DNA of 42,629 bases. It comes from Ignavibacteria bacterium (lineage in GTDB: Bacteria; Elusimicrobiota; Endomicrobiia; PHAN01). Position numbers and translations under genes: made by a program. The notes below the pieces were generated by a model that saw only the letters and a program-made list of their open reading frames with translations, was not told the origin of the DNA and ran no database searches. Of the stretch, positions 1-9,103 are shown one piece after another (within the stretch, counting starts at the first letter, position 1; the number at the start of each line of letters is the position of its first letter). The stretch lies in NCBI GenBank assembly GCA_041694835.1, contig JBGFRZ010000016.1, forward strand, positions 1 through 42,629, read 5' to 3'.

Positions 1-81
1 GCGCAGAAGGAATGTCCTGGGTGCGGGGCAGGTTTGGAACAGACTGCTTTTCACTGTAAAGTTTGTGGGTATGTATCATAG
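1..81 (+). CDS. 3' end of a zinc-ribbon protein (partial, runs off the window start)
   Basis: Frame 1 reads AQKECPGCGAGLEQTAFHCKVCGYVS*, with two CxxC pairs; stop TAG at 79-81. Confidence 0.5.
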   Translation, partial: AQKECPGCGAGLEQTAFHCKVCGYVS

Positions 82-95
82 ATGGACAAAGTGTA

Positions 96-164
96 GTGAA
101 GGCGGAAACCATGCCGAAAATTGCCAAAGTGTTGAGTGTTTCAATAGAAGATTTAATCAAATAA
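96..164 (+). pseudogene. C-terminal fragment of an XRE/Cro-type HTH regulator
   Basis: Reads VKAETMPKIAKVLSVSIEDLIK*, a typical HTH_3 C-terminal helix pattern. An in-frame stop at 57-59 leaves no room for the N-terminal helices. Confidence 0.5.
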
Positions 165-167
165 CTT

Positions 168-770
168 ATGACAACAAAAATTGATTTAGTTAAAGAGGAC
201 AAAAATTATTACAACGCAAAAACAGACCCGCAGGTTGTTGAGTTTCCAAAAATTTCCTATCTTGCAATAGAAGGCAAGGGCGAACCGGCAGGAAAAGCCT
301 TTACAGAAGCAGTGCAAGCCCTGTATCCATTTGCCTACGGCATAAAAGGTTTGTGCAAAAAAAACGGCAAAGATTTTGCTGTGGCAAAACTGGAAGGTCT
401 GTGGTGGGTTAAATCAAACAGGCCCGCTTTAGAAGTCCCCCGTAGTGAATGGTATTGGAAGTTGCTTATTCGCCTTCCCGATTTTGTTACTTCCGAAATT
501 GTGGAGAAAGCAAAACAAGAAGTCGTAAAAAAGAGAGGGATTGATTTAATCAAAGAGATTAAACTTGAGAAAATAACAGAAGGAAAGTGCGTGCAAGTAA
601 TGCACATCGGTCCCTACTCAACGGAACCGGAAACTATCGCCAAAATGAAAAAATTAATAAGCGAAAGTAGCTTGCGCGAAAATGGTCTTCATCACGAGAT
701 TTATTTGTCTGACCCCAGAAAAACACCACCTCAAAAAATGAAAACTATTTTACGGCAGCCGGTAAAATAA
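168..770 (+). CDS. GyrI-like small-molecule-binding domain protein
   Basis: Motifs LEGLWW, W.W.L.IR.PDFVT, CVQ.MH.GPY..E and HHEIYLSDPRK. Confidence 0.8.
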   Translation: MTTKIDLVKEDKNYYNAKTDPQVVEFPKISYLAIEGKGEPAGKAFTEAVQALYPFAYGIKGLCKKNGKDFAVAKLEGLWWVKSNRPALEVPRSEWYWKLLIRLPDFVTSEIVEKAKQEVVKKRGIDLIKEIKLEKITEGKCVQVMHIGPYSTEPETIAKMKKLISESSLRENGLHHEIYLSDPRKTPPQKMKTILRQPVK

Positions 771-771
771 T

Positions 772-1146
772 ATGAAATCAAAAAAATTAGCATTCATTTA
801 CGGATTCTTAGTTTGGGTGATACCATTTGCAGTTGCTTTTCTTATTTTTCCTTTGCGAACATCGGATCGTCCTTTTTTTGAATCTATTATGCCGGTTGCC
901 GTAACTATGGCAACTGTTGTATTTACTGTTTTGTATTTCAAGAGAGTTGAGGAAAATTATCTCAAAGAAGGTGTTCTTTTGGGTATTATCTTTTTTGCGA
1001 TAAGCATCGTCATAGACCTGCTGATGTTTAGCAAAGGACCCATGGCTATGCCGTTTGCGGATTACATAAAAGATATTGGTTTTACCTATTTGCTTATTCC
1101 AACAATAACGATTGGTGTAGGCTATATTCTTGATAAAAAGAAATAA
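772..1146 (+). CDS. Hypothetical integral membrane protein (about 4 TM segments)
   Basis: 124-aa ORF with four hydrophobic stretches, starting 1 bp after the upstream stop. Confidence 0.7.
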   Translation: MKSKKLAFIYGFLVWVIPFAVAFLIFPLRTSDRPFFESIMPVAVTMATVVFTVLYFKRVEENYLKEGVLLGIIFFAISIVIDLLMFSKGPMAMPFADYIKDIGFTYLLIPTITIGVGYILDKKK

Positions 1147-1458
1147 ATCGAAAAGAATTTGCCGCCAAGCTCGGCGAAGCCAAGCAATCCTGAAAGACGG
1201 GGTTAGAAAAACTTGAAATCGTCCCCCGAAGTATCCCGACTTCGTTGGGAACTACGGGGCAGGCTTTTCGCTTCCGCTTCAAAGCGAGGCGGGCACTGCA
1301 CAACCCCGCCCTCTGTGCCTGTGAATATAGTCAATAAACTTTTAATTGCGAAGTTGAGTTTGTTTCCTGTATAAACAGAAATCAAACAATTTAGAGGGCG
1401 GGATATACGGGGTAAACTACAGGGGGTTAAGTGTTGGGGGGATTTTCTCGCTTTTTTC

Positions 1459-3093
1459 CTAAATCACGGTGGGACGAGCGAAGGATTTCTTCTGATTCGG
1501 ATAGTCTATGTTGTAATGAATCCCCCGGGATTCTTTCCTCATCACAGCCGATCTGATAATCAAATCGGCCACGACCGCTATATTTCTCAATTCTATTATG
1601 TCGTTGCCGATGAGAAAATCCCAGTAGTAATCGTTGATTTCCTTCGCTATGAGTCCTATTCTTTTTTTCGCTCTCTCGAGCCGCTTGTTCGAACGGAGTA
1701 TTCCAACATAGTTCCACATAAAATGCCTTATCTCGTCCCAGTTCTGAGAAAGCACCACGCTCTCGTCGGAGTCGCGGGCTTTGCCGGGGTTCCATTTCGG
1801 AATTTTTGGGAATTTTACTCTGAAATGTTCACCTGGAAGCGAAGATATTTTGTCGGACAAAAAATCAGCAAAAGAGGCGCACTCAAGAAGAGAGTTCGAG
1901 GCAAGACGGTTGGCTCCGTGAAGTCCCGTGCAAGACGCCTCGCCAATGGCAAACAATCTGTTTATATTTGTCTCTCCATGTTCGTTCACTAAAACACCGC
2001 CACAGAAATAATGCGCCGAAGGTACTACCGGTATGGGATTTGCGGTTATGTCGATGCCAAGCGAACTACATTTTTCATATATCTTCGGGAACCTCTTTTT
2101 TATGAAATTGGATGGCTTGTGTGAAATGTCAAGATAGACGAAATCCTCACCACTTTTTTTCATCTCGCTATCAATGGCACGAGCGACGACATCTCGCGGG
2201 GCGAGCTCGGCCAGGGGATGGTATTTTTCCATAAATTTTTTGCCGCCTTTAAGATATAAAACGGCGCCTTCACCGCGGAGGGCTTCCGATATCAAGAAGG
2301 ATCTGTTTTCGGGCGACGATTCAATAAGGGCACTTCCTGGAAAATACAAGCAGGTGGGATGAAACTGGACAAACTCCATGTTGGCGATTCTCGCCCCGGC
2401 GCGGGCGGCCATAGCGATGCCGTCGCCGGTTGAAACATCGGGGTTCGAGGTATAAAGATAGACCTTTCCTGCTCCGCCTGTGGCGATTATGGTGAAATTA
2501 GCGAGTATCTCAATGACCTCACTTTTTCTTATATCAAGAACGTATGCGCCGTAGCAGATGTTTCCCGTCGCCGAAGATGCTATTCCTTCAATCTTATTTT
2601 TCGTAATCAAATCGATGGCTATTGCGAACTCCGTCAATTTTATATCCGGCGCCGACTTTACTTTTTTAATCAGAGCGTCTTCTATCGCAGGTCCAGTCCT
2701 GTCTTCGACGTGAAGTATTCTTCTGTGGGAATGTCCGCCCTCAAGACCAAGCTCTATGTCGTTTTCGGTTACGCCACTTGGATACTTTTGTTTCGAAAAA
2801 TTTACACCGAATCCCATAAGTTCGTCAATAACGGACGGACCGGATTTGACTACTTTTTCGACTATATCTTCCCGAGAGATGCCGCATCCGACGGTCATCG
2901 TGTCTTTTATGTGGGACTCAAAGCTGTCTTCTTGTGACCAGACGCAGGCAATCCCCCCTTGCGCCTTTGAAGTGGAGCCGTCGGCGAGTGAACGTTTCGT
3001 GATTAAAATGACGGAGCCGATTTTTGAGAGTTTCAGCGCCGCAAGGAGCCCCGAGAGCCCCGAACCGATAATCAAAAAATCAGTTTTTATCAT
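1459..3093 (-). CDS. nadB: L-aspartate oxidase
   Basis: Motifs IIGSGLSGL, AQGGIA, EGGHS..RILH, QFHPT, SEALRGEG, HYFCGG, LHGANRLASNSLLE and ESRG.H. Start reassigned to the ATG at 3093 (MIKTDF). Confidence 0.97.
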   Translation of the reverse strand: MIKTDFLIIGSGLSGLLAALKLSKIGSVILITKRSLADGSTSKAQGGIACVWSQEDSFESHIKDTMTVGCGISREDIVEKVVKSGPSVIDELMGFGVNFSKQKYPSGVTENDIELGLEGGHSHRRILHVEDRTGPAIEDALIKKVKSAPDIKLTEFAIAIDLITKNKIEGIASSATGNICYGAYVLDIRKSEVIEILANFTIIATGGAGKVYLYTSNPDVSTGDGIAMAARAGARIANMEFVQFHPTCLYFPGSALIESSPENRSFLISEALRGEGAVLYLKGGKKFMEKYHPLAELAPRDVVARAIDSEMKKSGEDFVYLDISHKPSNFIKKRFPKIYEKCSSLGIDITANPIPVVPSAHYFCGGVLVNEHGETNINRLFAIGEASCTGLHGANRLASNSLLECASFADFLSDKISSLPGEHFRVKFPKIPKWNPGKARDSDESVVLSQNWDEIRHFMWNYVGILRSNKRLERAKKRIGLIAKEINDYYWDFLIGNDIIELRNIAVVADLIIRSAVMRKESRGIHYNIDYPNQKKSFARPTVI

Positions 3094-3134
3094 TGTGAGA
3101 CCGTCGAAAAACTCATCAACCGTTTTTTTATTTT

Positions 3135-3680
3135 TGAACGCAGATGAACGCAGAAACAACTTTGATAAACGCAGATTAAAGCAACTATAAACTCATCTGC
3201 GAAAATCCGCGTCCTAAAAAGTAATTGAACGCAGATAAACGCCGATGTTGACAAAAGTTTTTAATATCGGCTCTTCTCCAAATGTTGTTGTAACATTGGG
3301 TAAAAATTTTGCAATACCGCTATGTAAAAACAAAGTATTTTCGCTCATTCTCGTCCCGATAAATCGGGACTGCGAGGTAATCAAGTGTTCACACTTGATT
3401 AAACCCGCTCAAATACTTTGTTTTTATACGCACAATAAAAAATGGAGAAGACCCTTAATATCTATCAAATCTGCGAAAATCTGCGTCCTAAAAATAATTG
3501 AACGCCGATGAAAAAAGATTTGAACCACGAAAGCGCGAAAACACGAAAATACTTGTAAAGAATTTTGTGATTTCTAATTTTCGTGATTTCGTGGTAAAGT
3601 TTTTAATCTGCGATAATCCTGTAAATCTGCGTCCTAAAAAATAATTGAACGCAGAATCTGCGAAAATCTGCGTCCTATTT
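3135..3680. repeat. Intergenic cluster of short direct/inverted repeats (GAACGCAGAT / ATCTGCG; ACCACGAAAGC / TTTCGTGGT) between nadA and nadB
   Basis: ATCTGCGTCCTAAAAA.TAATTGAACGC-like units recur three times. Block 3507-3640 is near-identical to 20953-21085. Confidence 0.9.
3269..3454. mobile_element. MITE family A, copy 1 (ISL3-like ends)
   Basis: TIRs GGCTCTTCTCCA / TGGAGAAGACCC; perfect 8-bp TSD TTAATATC (3261-3268 and 3455-3462). Two more copies lie at 23779 and 36105. Confidence 0.9.
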
Positions 3681-3694
3681 CTGCTCCGATTTTT

Positions 3695-4609
3695 TCAATC
3701 ATAATCCGACTTTACCGCTAGCATCTTTTCTATGGAACTAACTGCCTTGATGCGCACGGATTCTTCCACCGATATTTGCGGCGTCATCGTCCGAAGCGAG
3801 GAGTATATCTTGTGGAGGTCGTTTCTTTTCATATTGGGGCAAATCAGCTTCTGAGAGGCTAGATAAAATTTTTTTTCGGGGTTCTCTTTCTTCAGCCTAT
3901 AAATGAGCCCCATCTCGGTTCCGATTATAAACTCTTTGCTGTCGGATTTTTTTGCGAATCTGAGCATCCCCGATGTCGATGTGATTTCGTCCGCAAGCCT
4001 GAGAACTTCAGGACGGCATTCGGGGTGGGCGACAAAAAGCGATGAAGGATGTTCGGCTTTTGCAAGCTTCACCTCCTCGGGTGTCACCCTGTCGTGCGTC
4101 GGGCAGAAGCCGTCCCATATGAGCATTTTCTTTGACGTCCTTTCCTGGATATATCTCCCCAGATTCCTGTCGGGGACGAAGAGCACACTTTCGGATTTGA
4201 GGGATTCGACGACTTTGACGGTGTTTGACGACGTGCAAGCTATGTCGGATTCTGCTTTTACTTCCGCCGATGAATTTACATAACAGACAACAGGAATGTC
4301 CGGGTTTTGGGATTTTAGGGTTTTAAGTCTTTCCGCGTCGATCATATCGGCGAGCGGACAGCCGGAATGGATGTCGGGAAGGAGAACTTTTTTGTTGGGA
4401 TTTAAGATCGCGGCGGTCTCAGCCATAAAGTAGACGCCGCAAAGAACTATTACCTTTGCTTGTGTTTCCGATGCTCGGCGGGCGAGTTCAAGCGAATCCC
4501 CTACGAAGTCGGCTATTTCCTGCACTTCGTCTATCTGATAATTATGGGCGTATATTACAGCTTCTTTCTCTTTTTTTAATTTTTTTATTTCAACGGTTAA
4601 TTCTTTCAC
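3695..4609 (-). CDS. nadA: Quinolinate synthase
   Basis: Motifs AHNYQ, GDSL.LA, CGV.FMAETA, GCPLA, YVNS, GFCPTH, AHPEC and CPNMK. Confidence 0.97.
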   Translation of the reverse strand: MKELTVEIKKLKKEKEAVIYAHNYQIDEVQEIADFVGDSLELARRASETQAKVIVLCGVYFMAETAAILNPNKKVLLPDIHSGCPLADMIDAERLKTLKSQNPDIPVVCYVNSSAEVKAESDIACTSSNTVKVVESLKSESVLFVPDRNLGRYIQERTSKKMLIWDGFCPTHDRVTPEEVKLAKAEHPSSLFVAHPECRPEVLRLADEITSTSGMLRFAKKSDSKEFIIGTEMGLIYRLKKENPEKKFYLASQKLICPNMKRNDLHKIYSSLRTMTPQISVEESVRIKAVSSIEKMLAVKSDYD

Positions 4610-5139
4610 TGCGTTTTAAAGAAATCAAGATGGCTTTTCATCTCATCGACGGTTTTCCTGAAATCCGATTTCACCTCGCCAGAAAGTTTATCCTCGTAGT
4701 AATAAAGCTTCTGTGCCGAGTTTTTAATCCCGGATAACCTGCTTGAAATCGTCTTTATCATATCGTTGTACTCCGAGGCAATGTCCTTAAACTCATCACC
4801 TTTTCTCAGATGAAGAATTTGCGTAAGGTCGCCCGCTTTTATCAGTTTTAGCACTTTCTCAAAGACATAAAGAGGGCCCACCATCTTGTGGAAAAAAAAT
4901 ATACTCTCAACGGCGAGAACAACAGCGATGAAACCAACAATCCAGTACATGCTCCTTTTCATCGCATTGACCAGCAACGTCCATTCGCCTGGCGTCAGAT
5001 TCTCCATCGCACCGCTGGAACGCAAGGCGGCCTGAAGGACGACATATACGACTATCGCGCTCAATGCCACTATACCCACCGTGATCGACATGTACTTGAT
5101 TTGCAGCTTTGGTTTAATAAAAAATTTCGTTCTAATCAT
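4606..5139 (-). CDS. Small two-TM membrane protein with a HAMP domain
   Basis: Two TM helices followed by HKMVGPL...GDLT...LRKGDEF..IA..YN.M; SD GGAGG upstream. Confidence 0.7.
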   Translation of the reverse strand: MIRTKFFIKPKLQIKYMSITVGIVALSAIVVYVVLQAALRSSGAMENLTPGEWTLLVNAMKRSMYWIVGFIAVVLAVESIFFFHKMVGPLYVFEKVLKLIKAGDLTQILHLRKGDEFKDIASEYNDMIKTISSRLSGIKNSAQKLYYYEDKLSGEVKSDFRKTVDEMKSHLDFFKTQ

Positions 5140-5221
5140 AATACCTCCGGTGATAAGTTTAGTTTAGAGACACTATCAACACTTATGATAAATCTCTCAA
5201 CTCTGAACTTTGTCTGTATTT

Positions 5222-7210
5222 TTATACAGTATATTTTTTCTCCCATCTGAGAGGTTTCATCTCGCGACCTCCACCCTGGAAGAACTTGTTGAAAAACTCC
5301 AGATACTGAAGGCGGCTTGTGTGAACATATGCTCCTAGTGAGCCTATGCCTATATTGAATATATGCGCGATTACGAGAAAGAACACTCCGATTAAAAATC
5401 CCAGATACGGTATTGAGAAAAGAAGCGTCGATATTTCATTAAAAGCCATCGCAAGAAGGCTCGTTGAAAGTCCAAGGGCGAAAAGCCGGCTGTAACTAAG
5501 CGGGTCCGAAAGCGCATTACCCGTTATCGCTCCGTAAACGGAGAAGAACATCTGGAAAATTTTCAATATAATACCCTCGTTTAAAATCCACTGGTTGAGC
5601 ATTATAAGCGCCGCCGAAACTGCAATCAAAGAAAGCGAGTACTTTATCGGAACAATGACAAAATCAAACATAAAAGCGAGAATCAAAATCGGAAACGTCA
5701 ACTGTATGAGAAGCGTAGGCAAGTCAGAGAGGAAAGCGAGCATATATTTTTTTTCCTTCAAAGTGTGATATAACTTTATCGCGGTTCCGAAGAGAGTCTG
5801 GATTATCCCCAGAAGAAGGCTTATACCGAGAAAGAACAAAGGGTCTTCAAGGGGGTCAAGAACCAAGAATTTTTGTTTCATGCCTCTTGCAAAACCAAAA
5901 AATTCAAATTTATCGATAAGGTTTCCGAAATATGTCCCGGTCATAACTCCGATTAAGAAAGTGGCGATGCCGCAATAAACAATTAGTTTGAAAAATTTCC
6001 GCGCCGATTTCACTTTCAACATATAAAGAATCGCTAATCCGAAAGCCGTCATAATCAATCCGTAGGCGGCGTCGGCCATGCAGAGCCCGAAGAAAAGGAC
6101 AAAAAACGGAGAGAGGAGCGGCGTCGGGTCAGATTCTCTGTAATTCGGCTTTCCGTAAAGATCCGTAACGACCTCGAAAGGTTCGACGGCTTTGCTGTTT
6201 TCAAGAACTATCGGCACATCTTCGCCCGGAGACGCGGGCTCTGATATTATATGAAAGGGAATCTTTTCTTTCGCAAGATTTTCCCCGAGCGTCTGTATTT
6301 TCGACTCTACTATCCAGCCGTAAAAATATGTGTAGTAATTCGTCCCAAGCATTGACTTCTGCGCTTCAATCTGATTTTTCATTTTCAGATAATAATCATA
6401 AAGCACTTTCAGTTTCGGTAGTTCCGACGAAAAAGACGCTATCTCCCTGTGATAGCCTTCCATCCTCTTTAAGATAGCCGTAACGCTCTGACCGAAACGT
6501 TTTGATGCCCTTTTCGGCGTGGCCGATGTATACGGAATAAGTATCTGGCTGTATCCGAATCGGTTTTTCAACTGCTTGATTTTTTCCGAAAAATCAGAGG
6601 GATATATAAAACCATAATAGACATTCCTTCCATCGCGATTAACTTCCATGAGGCTTGAGGGAATTTCGGATGCATCTTTTCTGAAATTCTCCCAAAGCGG
6701 AAGTGGTATGTGACCGGCAAGAAACTTCAGTCGCTTTGTGTCTTTGAATTTTTTAAGCGGCACGTCAAGAACAGTCCACGGCTCAAGCTGAATAACGGTG
6801 GCTATGAGGGCGTTTTTTCTTATTTCAAGCGCCGAAATCTCTTTAAGCAGGTTGTTTGCGCCGTCATAGAGTTTATGCCAATTGAAATCCTTCAGGATCG
6901 CGCTCTCTTCATCAGGCGTTACCTTGTATTTTATATTTGAAAGTCCGTGGCGGGGCGCAAACATGTAATAATGTTTTACGATAATGTCTATGGTATGCTT
7001 AAGTTTGTCGATATTGTTTGTTATTTCGTTTAACTTTGACTGAATGTGTTCCTCCAATTTATTCGGCCGGTTGCACTTTGATTTTGGAGTTTTTCCCGCA
7101 GCGGGCGGTATTATCTCTACGCACTCAAGAGCGTGCAGAAGCATTGAAACGTTATCTATCTTCCGGGATGGTGTAAAAAGCGTGAATTTGCTGACTTTCG
7201 CTATCGTCAT
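5222..7210 (-). CDS. ntpI: V/A-type ATP synthase subunit I (a)
   Basis: Motifs P.Y.E.DPTP, FFG...D..YG, SYSRLFALGL (essential Arg) and H..RLQY.EFF.KFF.GGG. Confidence 0.9.
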   Translation of the reverse strand: MTIAKVSKFTLFTPSRKIDNVSMLLHALECVEIIPPAAGKTPKSKCNRPNKLEEHIQSKLNEITNNIDKLKHTIDIIVKHYYMFAPRHGLSNIKYKVTPDEESAILKDFNWHKLYDGANNLLKEISALEIRKNALIATVIQLEPWTVLDVPLKKFKDTKRLKFLAGHIPLPLWENFRKDASEIPSSLMEVNRDGRNVYYGFIYPSDFSEKIKQLKNRFGYSQILIPYTSATPKRASKRFGQSVTAILKRMEGYHREIASFSSELPKLKVLYDYYLKMKNQIEAQKSMLGTNYYTYFYGWIVESKIQTLGENLAKEKIPFHIISEPASPGEDVPIVLENSKAVEPFEVVTDLYGKPNYRESDPTPLLSPFFVLFFGLCMADAAYGLIMTAFGLAILYMLKVKSARKFFKLIVYCGIATFLIGVMTGTYFGNLIDKFEFFGFARGMKQKFLVLDPLEDPLFFLGISLLLGIIQTLFGTAIKLYHTLKEKKYMLAFLSDLPTLLIQLTFPILILAFMFDFVIVPIKYSLSLIAVSAALIMLNQWILNEGIILKIFQMFFSVYGAITGNALSDPLSYSRLFALGLSTSLLAMAFNEISTLLFSIPYLGFLIGVFFLVIAHIFNIGIGSLGAYVHTSRLQYLEFFNKFFQGGGREMKPLRWEKKYTV

Positions 7211-7225
7211 AAACGGAAATTTAAA

Positions 7226-7322
7226 ACCCCGTTAGAAAATACGAGGGCATTCAAGAAAATTAAAAGTTTCAACGAACACTATATCCATCAGAAAGATTCT
7301 CGGCCATAATTTCTAATGGGAT
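7226..7322. mobile_element. Small inverted-repeat element, family D (ACCCCGTTAGA ends)
   Basis: ACCCCGTTAGAAA (7226-7238) pairs with TTTCTAATGGGAT (7310-7322). The same end motif occurs at 26115, 26687 and 34424. Confidence 0.65.
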
Positions 7323-7651
7323 AAAAGCCACTCCAGAGATTTAAATCTTTCTTCTTCGTCGCAAATGAGTTTTTCTATTCTCTCCCTTGCGAAAAATGAT
7401 ATCTTTCTCCTGTCTTCGTCTTCCATGGATAGATACTTCCTGATTTCAAGTTCGACAGTTGAATCGTAGTTTTTCAGTTCTTTGTTGAATTTTTCTTCCT
7501 GTTCCCGCTTCAATGACTCCGTTTGACTGTAAAGTTCTTTCTGCCTTTCTCTTATCATCGCGGAAGATTCGTTTTTCCCGGTTTCTATCGCTCTGTCAAG
7601 CTCTCTTTCCTTTTCAATCAGAAAATCCACTGTTTCTTTTATTAATTTCAT
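7313..7651 (-). CDS. Charged coiled-coil protein, possibly V-ATPase peripheral-stalk subunit G/H
   Basis: 112 aa, E/K/R-rich and helical, immediately upstream of subunit I where G/H usually lies. No diagnostic motif. Confidence 0.45.
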   Translation of the reverse strand: MKLIKETVDFLIEKERELDRAIETGKNESSAMIRERQKELYSQTESLKREQEEKFNKELKNYDSTVELEIRKYLSMEDEDRRKISFFARERIEKLICDEEERFKSLEWLLSH

Positions 7652-7660
7652 TAGAATCTC

Positions 7661-8215
7661 TTATGAAATCCTTCTCCTTATAGTCCAGGAAGCGGCGATG
7701 GTGAAGCCGCTGGCCAAGATTTTTTTTATTATATCGGCTGTTCCCCTGACGACTTCGCTTTTTATCCCGTCCTCATCGTCTCGGAATCTTCCGAGAACAA
7801 ACTCCGACGGATCGATTCTTTCGGGAAGGGGTCCGACTCCAATCCTTAGTCTCGGAAATTCGGGGCCTACTTTTTCTATTATGCTCTCGAGTCCATTGTG
7901 ACCTCCCGAAGAGCCCTTCAGTCGGAATCTTATTTTGCCGAGCGGAAGCGAAAAATCGTCGCAAACAATCATAATTCGCGAAACTTCGCATCCGAATTTT
8001 GAAAGAGCCGACAAAACGGCAGAGCCCGACAAATTCATATATGTCGTCGGTTTTATTAGATAAACGTCCCCGGAGTGCACATATAAGAATTTTTTTTCTT
8101 TCCTGAAAGAGGCGTCGGGAATCATGATATCTATGACATCAAAACCTATGTTGTGCCTTGTGTCTTTGTATCTCAAGCCGGGGTTCCCGAGCCCGACGAT
8201 AAGAGAAGGTTTCAT
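7661..8215 (-). CDS. pth: Peptidyl-tRNA hydrolase
   Basis: Motifs IVGLGNPG..Y..TRHN.GF, KP.TYMNLSG and GGHNGL.S. Confidence 0.97.
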   Translation of the reverse strand: MKPSLIVGLGNPGLRYKDTRHNIGFDVIDIMIPDASFRKEKKFLYVHSGDVYLIKPTTYMNLSGSAVLSALSKFGCEVSRIMIVCDDFSLPLGKIRFRLKGSSGGHNGLESIIEKVGPEFPRLRIGVGPLPERIDPSEFVLGRFRDDEDGIKSEVVRGTADIIKKILASGFTIAASWTIRRRIS

Positions 8216-8268
8216 CTATTCACTTTGCCCACTTCCCCTCAGTTAAAACCGGGACATACATCACAATC

Positions 8269-8320
8269 TGAATTTGCCGCATAAAGAGCGACTTTGAAAT
8301 CCTGCCACCCGGCAAATTCA
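8269..8320. repeat. About 50-bp hairpin element, family E
   Basis: Perfect 11-bp inverted ends TGAATTTGCCG / CGGCAAATTCA. Related ends at 22019 and 36015. Confidence 0.6.
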
Positions 8321-8323
8321 TTT

Positions 8324-8989
8324 TTATTTCTTTGCTTCCCCTTCCACTTCGCTTACTTCTTCTTTCTTGCCTTTGGAAATCACTTCTGGTTCGACGGCGG
8401 CCACACCCTCAATGGGGGCTGCCACCTCTTCTTTCTTGGACGCAATTACGTTTACAACCATGGCATGAGAATCGGCGTGATAATCAACACCTTCATGCTT
8501 CGGAAGGTCACTTACGAAAATACCCTTTCCGATATCAAGAGCCGAGATATCAACCTTTATACTCTCAGGGATATCTTTAGGAAGACATTTCACCTTTATC
8601 TCTCTTATGAAATGCTCAAGTATCCCTCCGTGAAGTTTTACACCCGGGGCATCCCCGACAAGCTTCACCGGAACCGTTACTTCAACTTTCGACGCCATTG
8701 AAACAACCTGGAAATCAATGTGGAGCGGATTTCTTTTTATCACGTCAATCTGTATGTCTTTGATTATGGCTTTTTTGATGTCCTTGCCGATTTTGAGATT
8801 GAAGATTGTGTTACCCGACGAACCTTGACTTAGAATCTTCTCTAATTCTTTGGCATCAACAAGTCCGTTTAAATTTTCTTCGTCTTTGCCGTATATCGAC
8901 AGAGGTATTTTTCCCATATTCCGATGTTTTTTAAGTTCCCCCTTGCTTTTCAATTCCCGAATCGTTACATCCAACGCAATTTCCTGCAT
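8324..8989 (-). CDS. rplY: 50S ribosomal protein L25/Ctc
   Basis: Motifs G.IP..IYG, H.DF, VPV.LVG..PGVK..GG.LE, acidic tail EPEVI.KGKK; SD AGGAGG. Confidence 0.95.
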   Translation of the reverse strand: MQEIALDVTIRELKSKGELKKHRNMGKIPLSIYGKDEENLNGLVDAKELEKILSQGSSGNTIFNLKIGKDIKKAIIKDIQIDVIKRNPLHIDFQVVSMASKVEVTVPVKLVGDAPGVKLHGGILEHFIREIKVKCLPKDIPESIKVDISALDIGKGIFVSDLPKHEGVDYHADSHAMVVNVIASKKEEVAAPIEGVAAVEPEVISKGKKEEVSEVEGEAKK

Positions 8990-9087
8990 TTTTCCTCCTG
9001 TTCTCGTCCCGCCGGACTACCATCCAATGAATTGGTCCCACAAGTCCCCCAGTACGTTATTGTTTGAATTTTTATTCGCTACGCTCA

Positions 9088-9103
9088 CCCCGATAAATCG
9101 GGG
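9088..9103. repeat. Short REP-like palindrome CCCCGATAAATCGGGG abutting the prs stop codon
   Basis: The same CCCGATAAATCGGG core sits inside all MITE-A copies; related cores at 1234, 20861 and 26130. Confidence 0.7.

Noticed and set aside
3094-3159. N-terminal extensions given for nadB, and likewise ychF, proB, bioB, thiC and the LysM gene
   Set aside because: Family motifs, SD positions or coupling point to downstream starts; the extensions run into repeats, promoters or neighbouring genes.
1427-3190. Many overlapping or antisense ORFs in the track, here and across the window
   Set aside because: They are shadows of well-supported genes.
3245-3511. 88-aa ORF, plus similar ORFs at 23924-24127, 26300-26695 and 33936-34345
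   Set aside because: They lie in or across MITEs and repeat piles and have no transposase or other motifs.
3135-3680. Possible CRISPR array, also considered at 20726-21085 and 26115-26701
   Set aside because: No constant-length repeat with unique regular spacers, and no cas genes.
9003-9060. Possible structured rplY leader RNA
   Set aside because: Only short pairings, and I cannot match it to a known leader family without a covariance search.
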